Shown piece after piece: positions 17,223 through 27,200 of a DNA stretch of 64,000 bases. Below the pieces are notes generated by a model. The model saw only the letters and a list, made by a program, of their open reading frames with translations. It had not been told where the DNA came from and made no database searches. This DNA comes from a bacterium UBP6_UBA1177 (GTDB lineage Bacteria; UBP6; UBA1177): NCBI GenBank assembly GCA_002310995.1, contig DBYV01000042.1, positions 17,683 through 81,682 of the forward strand, given 5' to 3'. The position numbers and the translations under genes are program-made. The stretch's first letter is position 1, and each line of letters opens with the position of its first letter.

Positions 17223-18776
17223 ATGAAAAAAAGCCTTTTCTTTGCTTTTGTTGCATTTTTATTCATTGTTTCCTGTTCTAACAGTGACGAGCCGCTTATT
17301 CCATGTGTGACCGTTTCTGATTGTCCTGACACTTCATATTCCTGTTTCGACGGCTTTTGTGTCCATGCCGGTGCTGCAATCGATCCTTCAGATTCGGACA
17401 GCGACAAAACTTCTGACGACATGCTTCCTGACGGTGATAAAAATGACGGTGACAGCTCTTCGGAAAACGGAGACAGCAATAATGACGATGATTCCGAACT
17501 GCCGGATTCTGTAAAACCTGACGATGACGGAAATTCTGAATCTCAATCCGACAATGACAGCGCGGAAACTTCCGATTCTGACGGTAATGAAGGTGGTGAC
17601 GATTCTGATACTACGGATATAACAGACACTGCTGATACTGCCGACACATCGGACACTTCGGACACGACAGATACTTCGGATACTACGGATACAGCTGACA
17701 CATCTGACACAACGGATACTTCTGATACTTCTGATACTTCGGATACCACGGATACAACTGACACAACTGATACCGCCGATACTTCTGACAGCGGCGATTC
17801 CGGTATCAATGTCGAAGACCCTGTAGATCCGGCAGCATGCGCAGCTGCGATAGCGCAACTTCCTCACGGCGGAAAATACGACTGGGAAGATGGTGCGACT
17901 CAGGGATTTTCGAATTACGCGACATATGCTAATCCTTACTGGAATGTCGTTCCGGCGACTTCGCTGCCCGCTGAGGTTGAACCTGTTCTGACGCACGGCG
18001 GAAACTACAGTTTCGGAAACTATTCGACTTATAACCCAAACACAAATCATTATTCTGTTCTTCCAGTTACGGATTTGTCGCAGTGCAGTCACTGCAAGGT
18101 AAAAGCAAAGTTTTATGTCCGCGGAGCAAACTGGATAACTTCATGCGACAACAATAACTATGACTATTTGGAATCGACATGCTGGGACGGCGTTAAAAAT
18201 TCATGGGTCGATCCTAAATTTGACGATGGTTATACTTTCCTGTCCAAAAGGTGTACTTATTCAAAACAAAAATGGACGGAACTTGAATGGACGATTCCCG
18301 AATCATGCAAAACCGAGACATTTCTTTTTGCTTTGAGGTTCAAAAGTGACAGTTCTGTCGAAGGTCCCGGTCTTTTTGTCGATAATCTGACGATTTACGC
18401 TGCAACCAACAACGAGCCAAAAGGCGAATTTGAATCGGCTGAAAACGGCAAGATCACAGGTTGGGCTTGCGATCCTGACGCATATTCTGAAAAAGTTCAT
18501 GTCAAAGTCAGATACCACAAAAACAAAAACGAATCCGTCGTTTCGGCTGAACGTAGTGTTGATGCCGAATCGGAAAGCGACCCTACACAGTGCGGCGGAA
18601 CTGACAACCACGGTTTTGAAATTCCATTTGATGCGGAACTTGCCGGAATACTGGGTGTAGGCACTCACAGCGCTACGGTTTTTATAGGTGATCTTCCAGC
18701 AAATTGTGCCGGAACTTACAAAAAAATAGGTACAAAAGAGTTCGAAATAACCAGTCTTGACCCTAAAAAACAATAA
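17223..18776 (+). CDS. surface lipoprotein with Asp/Ser-rich and TD-repeat linker; paralog 3 of 3 (divergently oriented)
   Basis: TTGTAA-16-TAAAAT promoter-like element and AGGAGG RBS upstream. Lipobox FIVSCSN. DSD-rich region followed by TDTSDT repeats at 17596..17797. Confidence 0.7.
   Translation: MKKSLFFAFVAFLFIVSCSNSDEPLIPCVTVSDCPDTSYSCFDGFCVHAGAAIDPSDSDSDKTSDDMLPDGDKNDGDSSSENGDSNNDDDSELPDSVKPDDDGNSESQSDNDSAETSDSDGNEGGDDSDTTDITDTADTADTSDTSDTTDTSDTTDTADTSDTTDTSDTSDTSDTTDTTDTTDTADTSDSGDSGINVEDPVDPAACAAAIAQLPHGGKYDWEDGATQGFSNYATYANPYWNVVPATSLPAEVEPVLTHGGNYSFGNYSTYNPNTNHYSVLPVTDLSQCSHCKVKAKFYVRGANWITSCDNNNYDYLESTCWDGVKNSWVDPKFDDGYTFLSKRCTYSKQKWTELEWTIPESCKTETFLFALRFKSDSSVEGPGLFVDNLTIYAATNNEPKGEFESAENGKITGWACDPDAYSEKVHVKVRYHKNKNESVVSAERSVDAESESDPTQCGGTDNHGFEIPFDAELAGILGVGTHSATVFIGDLPANCAGTYKKIGTKEFEITSLDPKKQ
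17596..17797. repeat. coding TD tandem repeat in lipoprotein paralog 3
   Basis: ga(c/t)ac(a/t/g)(t/g)c(t/g/c)ga(t/c)ac units encoding DTADTSDTTDT... Confidence 0.7.
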
Positions 18777-18792
18777 TTTTAAGGAGTTAAAA

Positions 18793-19143
18793 ATGTGTGA
18801 CTGCATTTTCTGCAAAATTGTAAAAGGTGACATCCCATCGCCGCGCCTTTACGAAGACGAAAATTTCATCGTTATCCGCGACATCAACCCGCTCTGCAAA
18901 GTTCATGATCTCATAATCACGAAAAAGCACATCAAATCGGTGAATGAAATAGAAAAAGATGACGAGAAGATTTTTGCGTCTCTTTTTTCGGTTGCAAAAA
19001 AGATTGCGGCTATGGAAAACATGGCTGAAAGCGGCTACCGCGTAGTCGTAAACTCAGGCAAGGATTCAGGTCAGGCTGTTCCTCACTTCCACGCTCATGT
19101 TCTGGGCGGCGAAGACCTCAAAGGCAAACTTCAGGGAATGTAA
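18793..19143 (+). CDS. HIT-family (histidine triad) nucleotide hydrolase
   Basis: HFHAHVLGG histidine-triad motif. AAGGAG RBS before ATG at 18793. Confidence 0.85.
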   Translation: MCDCIFCKIVKGDIPSPRLYEDENFIVIRDINPLCKVHDLIITKKHIKSVNEIEKDDEKIFASLFSVAKKIAAMENMAESGYRVVVNSGKDSGQAVPHFHAHVLGGEDLKGKLQGM

Positions 19144-19152
19144 TCCTCAAAA

Positions 19153-19863
19153 ATGAATGTTTTGCTGATCGGGCAGGGGAATGTAGGAACTGCTCTTTCA
19201 AAATTTCTGCAAGTGCGCGGAATCAAACACGAAATTCTTGAAAAGGCACCTTGTTGCAAAGATGGTGTTTTGTTTCTTGCAGTTCCAGAATCGGCTGTAA
19301 AACCGCTTGTTGAGGAAACTCTGGAGAAAAACCCTGGAATTTATGATGTTCATTTTTCAGCGGCTCTTTCAATTGAGAGTGAGCGCGTTTTTCTGCTTCA
19401 CCCGTATTCTTCGATAAATACAAAAACTGAATTAAATCAAATACTTTTTACTCTTTGGGGCGAGAAAAACCCTGTTTTTGAAGAGATGCTGAAAAAAACG
19501 GGGCTTGATTTCGTTTACTGTGGCAAAAATCCTGATCAGCTTTATCACGCATCGGCAGTCATGAGCGGAAATTTCACCCAGTATTTTGTTTTTCAGGCTC
19601 TGAAAATTCTCGAATTTTCGGGATTTTCAAAAGAGGTGGCTGAAAAACTTATTCGGCAGCTTGTAAACTCATCTATCGACAACATTTTCCGTGACGGCAT
19701 AAAAGGAATCACAGGGCCTGCTGCGCGCGGTGAAAGTGAAGTTTTGCTTAATGAAATCAACGCTTTGAAGGAAAAAGACAAAAGACAGTCCGAGCTTTTT
19801 AAGGCAGTCAATGAAGCTATATCAAAGCTCTGTTCAGAGAGCTCAAAAAACGATAAAACTTGA
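19153..19863 (+). CDS. Rossmann-fold NAD(P)-binding protein, DUF2520-like
   Basis: N-terminal LLIGQGNVGTAL dinucleotide-binding motif. C-terminal GITGPAARGE motif typical of DUF2520. Confidence 0.5.
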   Translation: MNVLLIGQGNVGTALSKFLQVRGIKHEILEKAPCCKDGVLFLAVPESAVKPLVEETLEKNPGIYDVHFSAALSIESERVFLLHPYSSINTKTELNQILFTLWGEKNPVFEEMLKKTGLDFVYCGKNPDQLYHASAVMSGNFTQYFVFQALKILEFSGFSKEVAEKLIRQLVNSSIDNIFRDGIKGITGPAARGESEVLLNEINALKEKDKRQSELFKAVNEAISKLCSESSKNDKT

Positions 19864-19919
19864 TTCAGAAGAGTTCATCGCTATAATCATCTGCTTTTTA
19901 GTTTTTTTGGAGGTTTAAA

Positions 19920-20390
19920 ATGTCATTTCCCATTACAAAAGGCGGCTACGAAAGAATAGTCGAAGAAGCAAGACATCTTAAAAAAGTCGAAAGACCGGCA
20001 ATTATAGCAAAAATAGCTGAGGCGAGAAGCCACGGTGACCTTAGCGAAAACGCTGAATATCATGCGGCGCGCGAAAAACAGAGCTTTATAGAAGGACGAA
20101 TTGAATACCTTGACGGTGTTATCGCTGATGCAGAAGTTATTGATGTTGCGAAGCTGAGCGGAGACAAAGTTCTTTTCGGTGCAACAGTCAAACTGCTTGA
20201 TGAAAATACCGACGAAGAAGTTGTCTATACACTTGTCGGTGAAGTTGAAAGTGATCCTGAACACGGCAAAATTTCAATTGCAAGCCCGAAAGGAAGAGCT
20301 TTGATCGGTAAAATGCTTGGCGACGATGTGGTTGTTCAGACTCCAGGCGGTGCTAAAGAGTACGAAATACTCGAAGTTAAGTATGTTTAA
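19920..20390 (+). CDS. greA: transcription elongation factor GreA
   Basis: 156 aa. GreA N-terminal coiled-coil (...HGDLSENAEYHAAREKQ...) and C-terminal FKBP-like domain. Confidence 0.9.
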   Translation: MSFPITKGGYERIVEEARHLKKVERPAIIAKIAEARSHGDLSENAEYHAAREKQSFIEGRIEYLDGVIADAEVIDVAKLSGDKVLFGATVKLLDENTDEEVVYTLVGEVESDPEHGKISIASPKGRALIGKMLGDDVVVQTPGGAKEYEILEVKYV

Positions 20391-22506
20391 TCCTTCGGAA
20401 AATTCCGATATTTCAAAATTATTTTCTTTTTTAAGTCAGCCGCTTGAATCGGCGGTAGATCTTTCAAAAACTCAACTGAAAAAAATAAATGCTGCTCTAG
20501 GAGGAAAAGTTTTTGATTTTTTAATCGGAAACCTTCCCGAAAGTTACGAAACGCGCTTTCTTGTAACCAAATTTTCGGACTTTGAGCGCGGTCAGATGGC
20601 AACCTTCAAAGCAAAGGTCGTTTCGGTAAAACGCGGTTTCGGCAAGATTCCGTCCTACTTGAAAGTTGATCTCAACGGTGCTCTTGTGACCATCACTTTT
20701 TTCGGCAAACTCGGAATGATCTACTGTAATCTCTACAAAGAAGGTGATGAAGTTCTCGTTTCGGGTGAAGTGAGCCAGAAATCCTACGCAATAAACCTTG
20801 TAAATCCTGAAATTTTCAAGTTCGACGAAGGTTGGAAAACTCTTCTCAGCGGTTACATTCCGGTTTACAAAAATATCGTCGGCGTTTCGCATCTTTTTAT
20901 GCTGAGAACTGCCAGAATGCTCGTGAACACTTTGTCGGAGCACCGCGGAGAATGGCTTCCTGAAAGCCTGAAAAAAGAATTTAATTTTCCTGACTTTGTG
21001 GAATCGCTGATGAACCTTCATTTTCCGCATCTGAGCGCAAATATTGATGAACTGAACGACTTCAAAACGCGCTGGCACAAGCGTATTGCCTTCGACCAGC
21101 TTTTCTTTTTCCAGTTTGGTTCTCAGTTTTCGGCAATCGGTATGCGTACCGACAAAAAACGCCGCATAAAAACCGAGTCTGATTTAAGCGTAAGTGTCGA
21201 AAAAAACATGGTTTTCGAGCTGACAAAGGCTCAGAAACGCGTTCTTGGCGAAATCAGGAGCGACCTCTCTTCAATTTATCCGATGAACAGACTTTTGCAG
21301 GGTGATGTGGGCAGCGGAAAAACGGCTGTCATGGTTTTGGCGAGCCTTGACGTTATTGCGAGCGGCTACAAAAGCGTGATAATGGCTCCGACTGAAATTT
21401 TAGCGGCGCAGCACTACAAAACGATTTCAAGCATGGTTCCCGAAAACATAAAAATCGAGCTTTTTTTAGGCGGAGTCACTGGCAAAAAAAAGAAGGCGGA
21501 GCGGCTTGAAAACGCGAAAAAAGCAGATTTTCTGATTGGTACCCATGCTCTTTTCGAGAATATGGAATTCATGGAGGATATCGGGCTTATAATTATCGAC
21601 GAGCAGCACCGTTTTGGCGTTTCTCAGCGGATGAAACTCCAGTCAAAATCGACTCATCCCGATGTTCTTGTCGTAAGCGCAACTCCGATTCCGAGGACTC
21701 TGGCACTCACGGTTTACGGCTCGACTGAAATCAGCGTAATTGACGAAATGCCTCCCGGAAGAATCCCTGTCACGACAAGGCTCGTTCCTGCTGAAAACAG
21801 AGTGAAAGTCTTTGATTTTGTTACTGAAATCATAAAGAATCAGAACAAGAAAGGTTATTGGGTCTGCCCGCTTGTCGAAGAGAGCGAAAACGAAGAAATG
21901 AAATCCGAAATGAAGCACGTTGAAGGTGTTTATGAGGAATTTTCCAAAGTGCTGGGTGACAAAGCGGCACTTCTTCACGGCAGAATGAAAGGAGATGAAA
22001 AGCGCGTTATCATCGACAGGCTCAAAAACGGGGAAATCAATCTTCTCGTTTCAACGATCGTTGTCGAAGTAGGTGTTGACGTTCCCGATGCAGTTTTCAT
22101 GGTGATAGAAAATGCCGAAAGGTTCGGGCTCGCACAGCTTCACCAGCTCAGAGGTAGGGTGGGCAGAGGAAAAGACAAATCTTTCTGCGCACTTATCGCA
22201 GGGAGTGATATCAGTGAAAAGGCTTTCAACCGCCTCAATTTTCTCTCAAAAACCGAAAACGGCTTCAAAATCGCTGAATACGATCTCAAAACACGCGGTC
22301 CTGGAGCTTTGACCGGTCTTGAGCAGAGCGGATTCAAAAACGATGCCTATTTCATGCTGGCTGTCCGTCACGGCGAACTTGTCGAAAAGGCAAGAATTTT
22401 TACGAAAAATATCCTTGCATCGGGCGACGATGAATATATAAAATTCTGCAACAGAGTTTTCGAACTCTTTTTTGCTGAACGCTTCAACAGATTCCGGGCG
22501 AGTTAG
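20383..22506 (+). CDS. recG: ATP-dependent DNA helicase RecG
   Basis: Wedge-domain region followed by helicase motif I GDVGSGKT, motif II IIDEQHRFG, motif VI QLRGRVGRG. ATG at 20383 overlaps the greA stop. Confidence 0.85.
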   Translation: MFNPSENSDISKLFSFLSQPLESAVDLSKTQLKKINAALGGKVFDFLIGNLPESYETRFLVTKFSDFERGQMATFKAKVVSVKRGFGKIPSYLKVDLNGALVTITFFGKLGMIYCNLYKEGDEVLVSGEVSQKSYAINLVNPEIFKFDEGWKTLLSGYIPVYKNIVGVSHLFMLRTARMLVNTLSEHRGEWLPESLKKEFNFPDFVESLMNLHFPHLSANIDELNDFKTRWHKRIAFDQLFFFQFGSQFSAIGMRTDKKRRIKTESDLSVSVEKNMVFELTKAQKRVLGEIRSDLSSIYPMNRLLQGDVGSGKTAVMVLASLDVIASGYKSVIMAPTEILAAQHYKTISSMVPENIKIELFLGGVTGKKKKAERLENAKKADFLIGTHALFENMEFMEDIGLIIIDEQHRFGVSQRMKLQSKSTHPDVLVVSATPIPRTLALTVYGSTEISVIDEMPPGRIPVTTRLVPAENRVKVFDFVTEIIKNQNKKGYWVCPLVEESENEEMKSEMKHVEGVYEEFSKVLGDKAALLHGRMKGDEKRVIIDRLKNGEINLLVSTIVVEVGVDVPDAVFMVIENAERFGLAQLHQLRGRVGRGKDKSFCALIAGSDISEKAFNRLNFLSKTENGFKIAEYDLKTRGPGALTGLEQSGFKNDAYFMLAVRHGELVEKARIFTKNILASGDDEYIKFCNRVFELFFAERFNRFRAS

Positions 22507-22515
22507 GAGGAAAAA

Positions 22516-22914
22516 ATGCTTGTTTGTCCTGTATGTGGCTGCGATATGGCCGTTCTTGAGCTTCACGGAATAGAAATCGACTACTGTTTTTCGTGCGGCG
22601 GTATCTGGCTCGATGCCGGAGAACTTGAATATCTTATGGGCGATTCTGAAAAGTCGGCTGAAATTCTTAAATCTTTTCAAGATGTTACAAATTCAAGCAA
22701 AGAGAAGAAACGCCCGTGCCCCATCTGCGGAAAACCGATGAAAAAAGTGGGCGTTTCAACCTCGGAAAGCGAAATAATCATCGACACATGCCCGAAAGAA
22801 CACGGGATCTGGTTTGACAAAGACGAACTTTACAGAATAATCGACACGCTCGGCGAATCAAAAAACATGAAAGTCGCAGAGTTTTTGAAGGATATGTTTG
22901 CGGGCAGGGAGTAA
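22516..22914 (+). CDS. tandem zinc-ribbon (zf-TFIIB-like) protein
   Basis: Two CPxCG...C..CGG(I/H)W(L/F)D modules (LVCPVCG...CFSCGGIWLDAGE and RPCPICG...CPKEHGIWFDKDE). Confidence 0.7.
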   Translation: MLVCPVCGCDMAVLELHGIEIDYCFSCGGIWLDAGELEYLMGDSEKSAEILKSFQDVTNSSKEKKRPCPICGKPMKKVGVSTSESEIIIDTCPKEHGIWFDKDELYRIIDTLGESKNMKVAEFLKDMFAGRE

Positions 22915-22916
22915 TA

Positions 22917-23909
22917 ATGAGTTTCAGACCACCGTTTGAGATCACGGCGAAAGCGATAAATCTTATTTCGGAGATTTCGGAAAAAATCGGAATCATAACT
23001 GCGCTTTCCGACAATCCTTTTCATGTCGAACTGCGCAAGAAAAACCGCATCCGGACAATCCATTCTTCGCTTGCAATCGAGCAGAACACCCTTTCGATAG
23101 AGCAGATGACTGCAATCATCGAGGGCAAGCGTGTTCTGGGTGCACCGAACGAAATTCAGGAAGTCAAAAATGCGGTTCAGGCATACGATCTGCTTCTTGA
23201 ACTGAATCCGTATGAAGAAAAAGACCTGCTTCGGGCGCACAAACTGATGATGGCTGACCTGGTCGATAGAAACGGAAAATACCGTAGCGGCGGTGTCGGG
23301 ATTTTTGACGGAAGCGAAGTCGTCCATGTTGCTCCGCCGGCAGGCAATGTGCCGTTTCTGATGGCTGATCTTTTCGCATGGCTCAAAAACAGCAGCGAAC
23401 ATCCGCTTATAAAAAGTTGTGTTTTCCATTATGAATTTGAATTTATTCATCCTTTTCAGGACGGAAACGGCAGGATGGGCAGATTCTGGCAGACGGTGAT
23501 TTTGAAAGAGTGGAAGCCTGTTTTTGCATGGATTCCTGTTGAAACGCTCGTGAAAGAGCATCAGGCTGAATATTATGCCGCGCTGACTTCGAGCGACAAA
23601 GATGCGGACAGCACGGCTTTTATTGATTTTATGCTGGAAATAATCTCAAAAGAAATAGATAAAATTATTGAACATCAGAACAATGAGCCGATAAATGATA
23701 CTGTAAATGATACTGTAAATGATACTGTAAAAATAATTCTGGAAATCATAAGAAAGAATCCTTCAGCATCTTATGAGGACATCGCAACAAAAACCGGCAA
23801 ATCTCGTATAACTGTAAGTAGAAAACTTGCCGAACTCAAGGAACAGGGCATTATCCGCCGCGTAGGTGCTGACAAAAACGGTCACTGGGAAATAGTGGAG
23901 CAAAAATGA
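22917..23909 (+). CDS. fic: Fic/DOC family protein (AMPylator-type) with C-terminal winged-HTH
   Basis: Canonical Fic motif HPFQDGNGRMGR. Putative inhibitory helix SLAIEQN near the N-terminus. C-terminal DeoR-like wHTH (ILEIIRKNPSASYEDIATKTGKSRITVSRKLAELK). ATGA overlap with recN. Confidence 0.8.
   Translation: MSFRPPFEITAKAINLISEISEKIGIITALSDNPFHVELRKKNRIRTIHSSLAIEQNTLSIEQMTAIIEGKRVLGAPNEIQEVKNAVQAYDLLLELNPYEEKDLLRAHKLMMADLVDRNGKYRSGGVGIFDGSEVVHVAPPAGNVPFLMADLFAWLKNSSEHPLIKSCVFHYEFEFIHPFQDGNGRMGRFWQTVILKEWKPVFAWIPVETLVKEHQAEYYAALTSSDKDADSTAFIDFMLEIISKEIDKIIEHQNNEPINDTVNDTVNDTVKIILEIIRKNPSASYEDIATKTGKSRITVSRKLAELKEQGIIRRVGADKNGHWEIVEQK
23694..23729 (+). repeat. perfect 12-bp x3 tandem repeat (AATGATACTGTA) encoding NDTVNDTVNDTV inside fic
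   Basis: Three identical adjacent units, in-frame. Confidence 0.9.
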
Positions 23910-25546
23910 AAATCTCGAACATATTTTTAAGGAATTTTCTGATTATAAAGAAGTCGAATATCGAGCTTTCTTCGGGACTTACGACCGTTACGGGCGAGAC
24001 TGGAAGCGGAAAAAGCCTCTTTGTTTCGGCTATGAAGGCTCTGCGCGGTGAAAGAATTACGAAATCGCTTCTCGGAAAGTGGGGGAAGAGCGGTGAGATC
24101 TGCGCCGAAATCACTCTGGAAGCGGGGGATAACGAAATCAGAAATCTTCTTGCAGGGAATGATATCGAGCCCGAAAACGACAAAATTCTGGCACGGCGCG
24201 TTTTCGGAGACAAAAACAGCGTCTATCTTAACGATGTTCCGGTAAGTTCCGCCTTTATCGCGTCACTGCTGGGAGAGATGATCGAGATCGGAAGCCAGTT
24301 CGAGAACCGGGAGCTTTTCAAAAAAGACTACCGTATGAAAATTCTGGATCTTAAGGCTGAAACTTCGGAAATTCTTAATGAATACAGAGATTTATATCAT
24401 GAGATCCTGACTCTCAGAAGAACGATCGAAGAGCTGAAATCGAAGGACGATATCGGGAAAAGGGACTATCTTGAGTTTCAGATAAACGAGATCGAAAAGC
24501 TTGAAACTTATGAAAATGAGGAGTCCGAGCTTCTTTCAAAGGTCAAATTCATCGAAAACCTCGCCAAAATCGTGAAATACAGTTCCGATTTTGCAAATTC
24601 GCTTTCAAATGCGCTCGATTTTCTTAATAGTGCTGATTCTGCCGCATCAGACCTTGCGGAACTTGATGAGATCGGCGATATCCCGGGGAGGATTTCGGCT
24701 GCAGTTATAGAACTTGACGACATTGCCAAAACTTCTTCGGCACTTTTTTCAAAATACGATGAACCTCTTGATAATATTGATGAAATCCAGTCAAGATTTG
24801 ATAAACTTTCTTCGCTTTTCATAAAGCACGGAGTTTCGACTTCGGCAGGTCTCATGCAAAAACTCGATTCTCTCAACGAAGAACTTTTCGAGATGAACAA
24901 GATCCCGCATAAAATCGCAGAATCTGAGAAAGAGCTCGCAACTTTGACAAAAAAAGCGTCGGCTCTGGCGGAAAAACTGCACGGGAAACGCCTGAAAGCC
25001 CTCAAACCGCTTGAAGAAAGCATTTTGAAATATCTCATCAAATTCGGGATGAAAGGGGTCCGCTTCTCGATTTCGCTGAATAAACTTGATGAACTCGGCG
25101 AGAACGGCTTTGACGAGGCTCAGTTTGAGATAAACACGATCGGAACAGACAAAATGTTCGACATCACTTCGCTTTCTGGCGGCGAACTTTCGCGTCTTCT
25201 TCTCTCGGTCAAACTTATTGACGACGAGGAAGACAAAGTCATCCTTTTTGACGAGATCGATAGCTCAATAGGCGGCGAGACAGCGCGCAGCGCGGCACTC
25301 GAAATGAAGAAAAATTCAACTAAAAACCAGATAATAGTGATCACTCACTTTCCGCAGACAGCTTCTCTTGCAGACAGGCACATCGTTGTCAGAAAGAGCG
25401 TAGGCGAGGGTGATGTCGAAACGGAAATATCGATTCTCGACAAGGCGGGACGGGTCAAAGAACTTGCCCGTATGATGGGAAACAGCGAATCGGCCGATTT
25501 CCTGGCTGCTGCTGAAAAAATGGTCGAAGAAAATCTTGGAAAATAA
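23906..25546 (+). CDS. recN: DNA repair protein RecN
   Basis: N-terminal FLIIKKSNIEL...GLTTVTGETGSGKS Walker A. Long coiled-coil. C-terminal LSGGELSRL signature and ILFDEIDSSIGG Walker B. Confidence 0.85.
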   Translation: MKISNIFLRNFLIIKKSNIELSSGLTTVTGETGSGKSLFVSAMKALRGERITKSLLGKWGKSGEICAEITLEAGDNEIRNLLAGNDIEPENDKILARRVFGDKNSVYLNDVPVSSAFIASLLGEMIEIGSQFENRELFKKDYRMKILDLKAETSEILNEYRDLYHEILTLRRTIEELKSKDDIGKRDYLEFQINEIEKLETYENEESELLSKVKFIENLAKIVKYSSDFANSLSNALDFLNSADSAASDLAELDEIGDIPGRISAAVIELDDIAKTSSALFSKYDEPLDNIDEIQSRFDKLSSLFIKHGVSTSAGLMQKLDSLNEELFEMNKIPHKIAESEKELATLTKKASALAEKLHGKRLKALKPLEESILKYLIKFGMKGVRFSISLNKLDELGENGFDEAQFEINTIGTDKMFDITSLSGGELSRLLLSVKLIDDEEDKVILFDEIDSSIGGETARSAALEMKKNSTKNQIIVITHFPQTASLADRHIVVRKSVGEGDVETEISILDKAGRVKELARMMGNSESADFLAAAEKMVEENLGK

Positions 25547-26938
25547 TTAGAATTCTGCGTTTTTCGGAGTTCTCGGGAATGGGATGACGTCGCGGATGTT
25601 CTGCATTCCGGTGATGTACATGATCATGCGCTCAAAACCGAGGCCGTATCCTGCATGCGGGTTCGAACCGAATCTGCGGAGATCAAGATACCACCAGTAA
25701 TCCTCTTTTTTGAGGCCGAGTTCCTGGATTCTTGCAAGAAGTCTGTCGTAACGCTCTTCTCTCTGGCTTCCGCCGATGATTTCGCCGACACCGGGAACAA
25801 GGAGATCCATCGCAGCGACGGTCTTGTTGTCCTCGTTCATACGCATGTAGAAAGCCTTGATCTCTTTCGGATAATCGATGACGAAAACCGGTTTTTTGAT
25901 GAGTTCTTCGGTGAGGTATCTCTCGTGTTCGGTCTGAAGATCGCAGCCCCAGTCGACCGGATATTCGAACTGTTTGCCCGACTTTTTAAGAAGCTCTATC
26001 GCTTCGGTGTATGTGATTTTGCCGAAGTCGGAATCTTTAATGAAATTCAGCCTTTCGAGCAAAGTCTTGTCAACGAAGCTGTTGAAGAATTCCATCTCTT
26101 CCGGAGCTTTTTCAAGAACGAAGTTGATGATGTACTTCACCATGTCTTCGGCAAGTTTCATGTCGTCGTGAAGGTCTGCGAAAGCGATCTCGGGTTCGAT
26201 CATCCAGAATTCGCTTGCGTGACGCTGCGTGTATGAGTTTTCGGCTCTGAAAGTGGGGCCGAAAGTATAGACGTTTCTGAACGCCGCGCAGTAGTTTTCA
26301 ACTGCAAGCTGGCCTGAAACGGTGAGGTTCGTTGCCTTTCCGAAGAAATCTTCGCCGTAGTTTATGCTGCCGTCATCTTTCTTCGGCAGGTTGTTGAGGT
26401 CCAGAGTCGTGACCTGGAACATTTCGCCGGCACCTTCGCAGTCGCTTCCAGTGATGATCGGGGTGTGGACGTAGACGAAGCCTCTTTCCTGGAAGAACGA
26501 GTGGATCGCGAAAGCGACAAGACTGCGGATCCTGAAAACTGCGTTGTAGATGTTCGCTCTCGGTCTGAGATGTGCGATCGTCCTCATATATTCAAGGGTG
26601 TGTCTTTTTTTCTGAAGAGGGAAATCCTCATCGCTCGTGCCGACAACTTCGACTTTCTCGGCTTTGATCTCGAAAGGCTGCTTGTCGCCCGCGCTTTCAA
26701 CGACTTTGCCGAGAACCTTTACCGCGCTGCCCGTTCCGAGTTTCGCGATTTCCTTGTAATTCTCCAGATTTGATTCAAAAACTATCTGAATATTCTTGAA
26801 AAACGAGCCGTCGTTGAGCTCGATGAATCCGAAAGCGTTGCTTGCACGGATCGTTCTGACCCAGCCTGAAACCTCGACATCTTTTCCCATAAATTTTTCA
26901 GTTTCCCTGAAAATCGATTTGACAAGAACCTTTTCCAT
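25547..26938 (-). CDS. asnS: asparaginyl-tRNA synthetase (class IIb)
   Basis: 463 aa. N-terminal OB-fold anticodon-binding domain. Class II motif 2 [21 protein letters not shown]. Motif 3 GGSQREER...GFERM. Confidence 0.75.
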   Translation of the reverse strand: MEKVLVKSIFRETEKFMGKDVEVSGWVRTIRASNAFGFIELNDGSFFKNIQIVFESNLENYKEIAKLGTGSAVKVLGKVVESAGDKQPFEIKAEKVEVVGTSDEDFPLQKKRHTLEYMRTIAHLRPRANIYNAVFRIRSLVAFAIHSFFQERGFVYVHTPIITGSDCEGAGEMFQVTTLDLNNLPKKDDGSINYGEDFFGKATNLTVSGQLAVENYCAAFRNVYTFGPTFRAENSYTQRHASEFWMIEPEIAFADLHDDMKLAEDMVKYIINFVLEKAPEEMEFFNSFVDKTLLERLNFIKDSDFGKITYTEAIELLKKSGKQFEYPVDWGCDLQTEHERYLTEELIKKPVFVIDYPKEIKAFYMRMNEDNKTVAAMDLLVPGVGEIIGGSQREERYDRLLARIQELGLKKEDYWWYLDLRRFGSNPHAGYGLGFERMIMYITGMQNIRDVIPFPRTPKNAEF

Positions 26939-27200
26939 TGTTTTCTCCGTAAAAAACCTTAAAAAACGGGCGGTAATATAGTCACAAAAGGAGTATTTTC
27001 AAGTAAAAAGAGAACGTCCAATAGATTGAGCTACGAGACTGAAACTTTGTGTTCTTTGCAGAACTTGCGTATCAAACTGAAGAGAGAAGGAAAAGTCCTC
27101 CAAAAACCCGGTTAAATAATTTGAAAGTCGAGCCTTTTTGTGCTATTTTCCCGCGGTTTTTTTGTTGTGTCCTGCGGGACGAAAACAGTAGAGGCGTAAA

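Noticed and set aside
15232-17797. Highly regular short tandem repeats resembling a CRISPR-like array
   Set aside because: Units are 9/18 bp, contiguous without unique spacers, and lie in-frame inside three lipoprotein genes encoding (DTxDTx)n. No cas genes are present.
26939-27200. Possible small RNA in the 260-bp divergent asnS/nudix spacer
   Set aside because: Only short hairpins (GTTCTttgcAGAAC) are visible, and no recognisable conserved RNA family. Cannot be supported from sequence alone.
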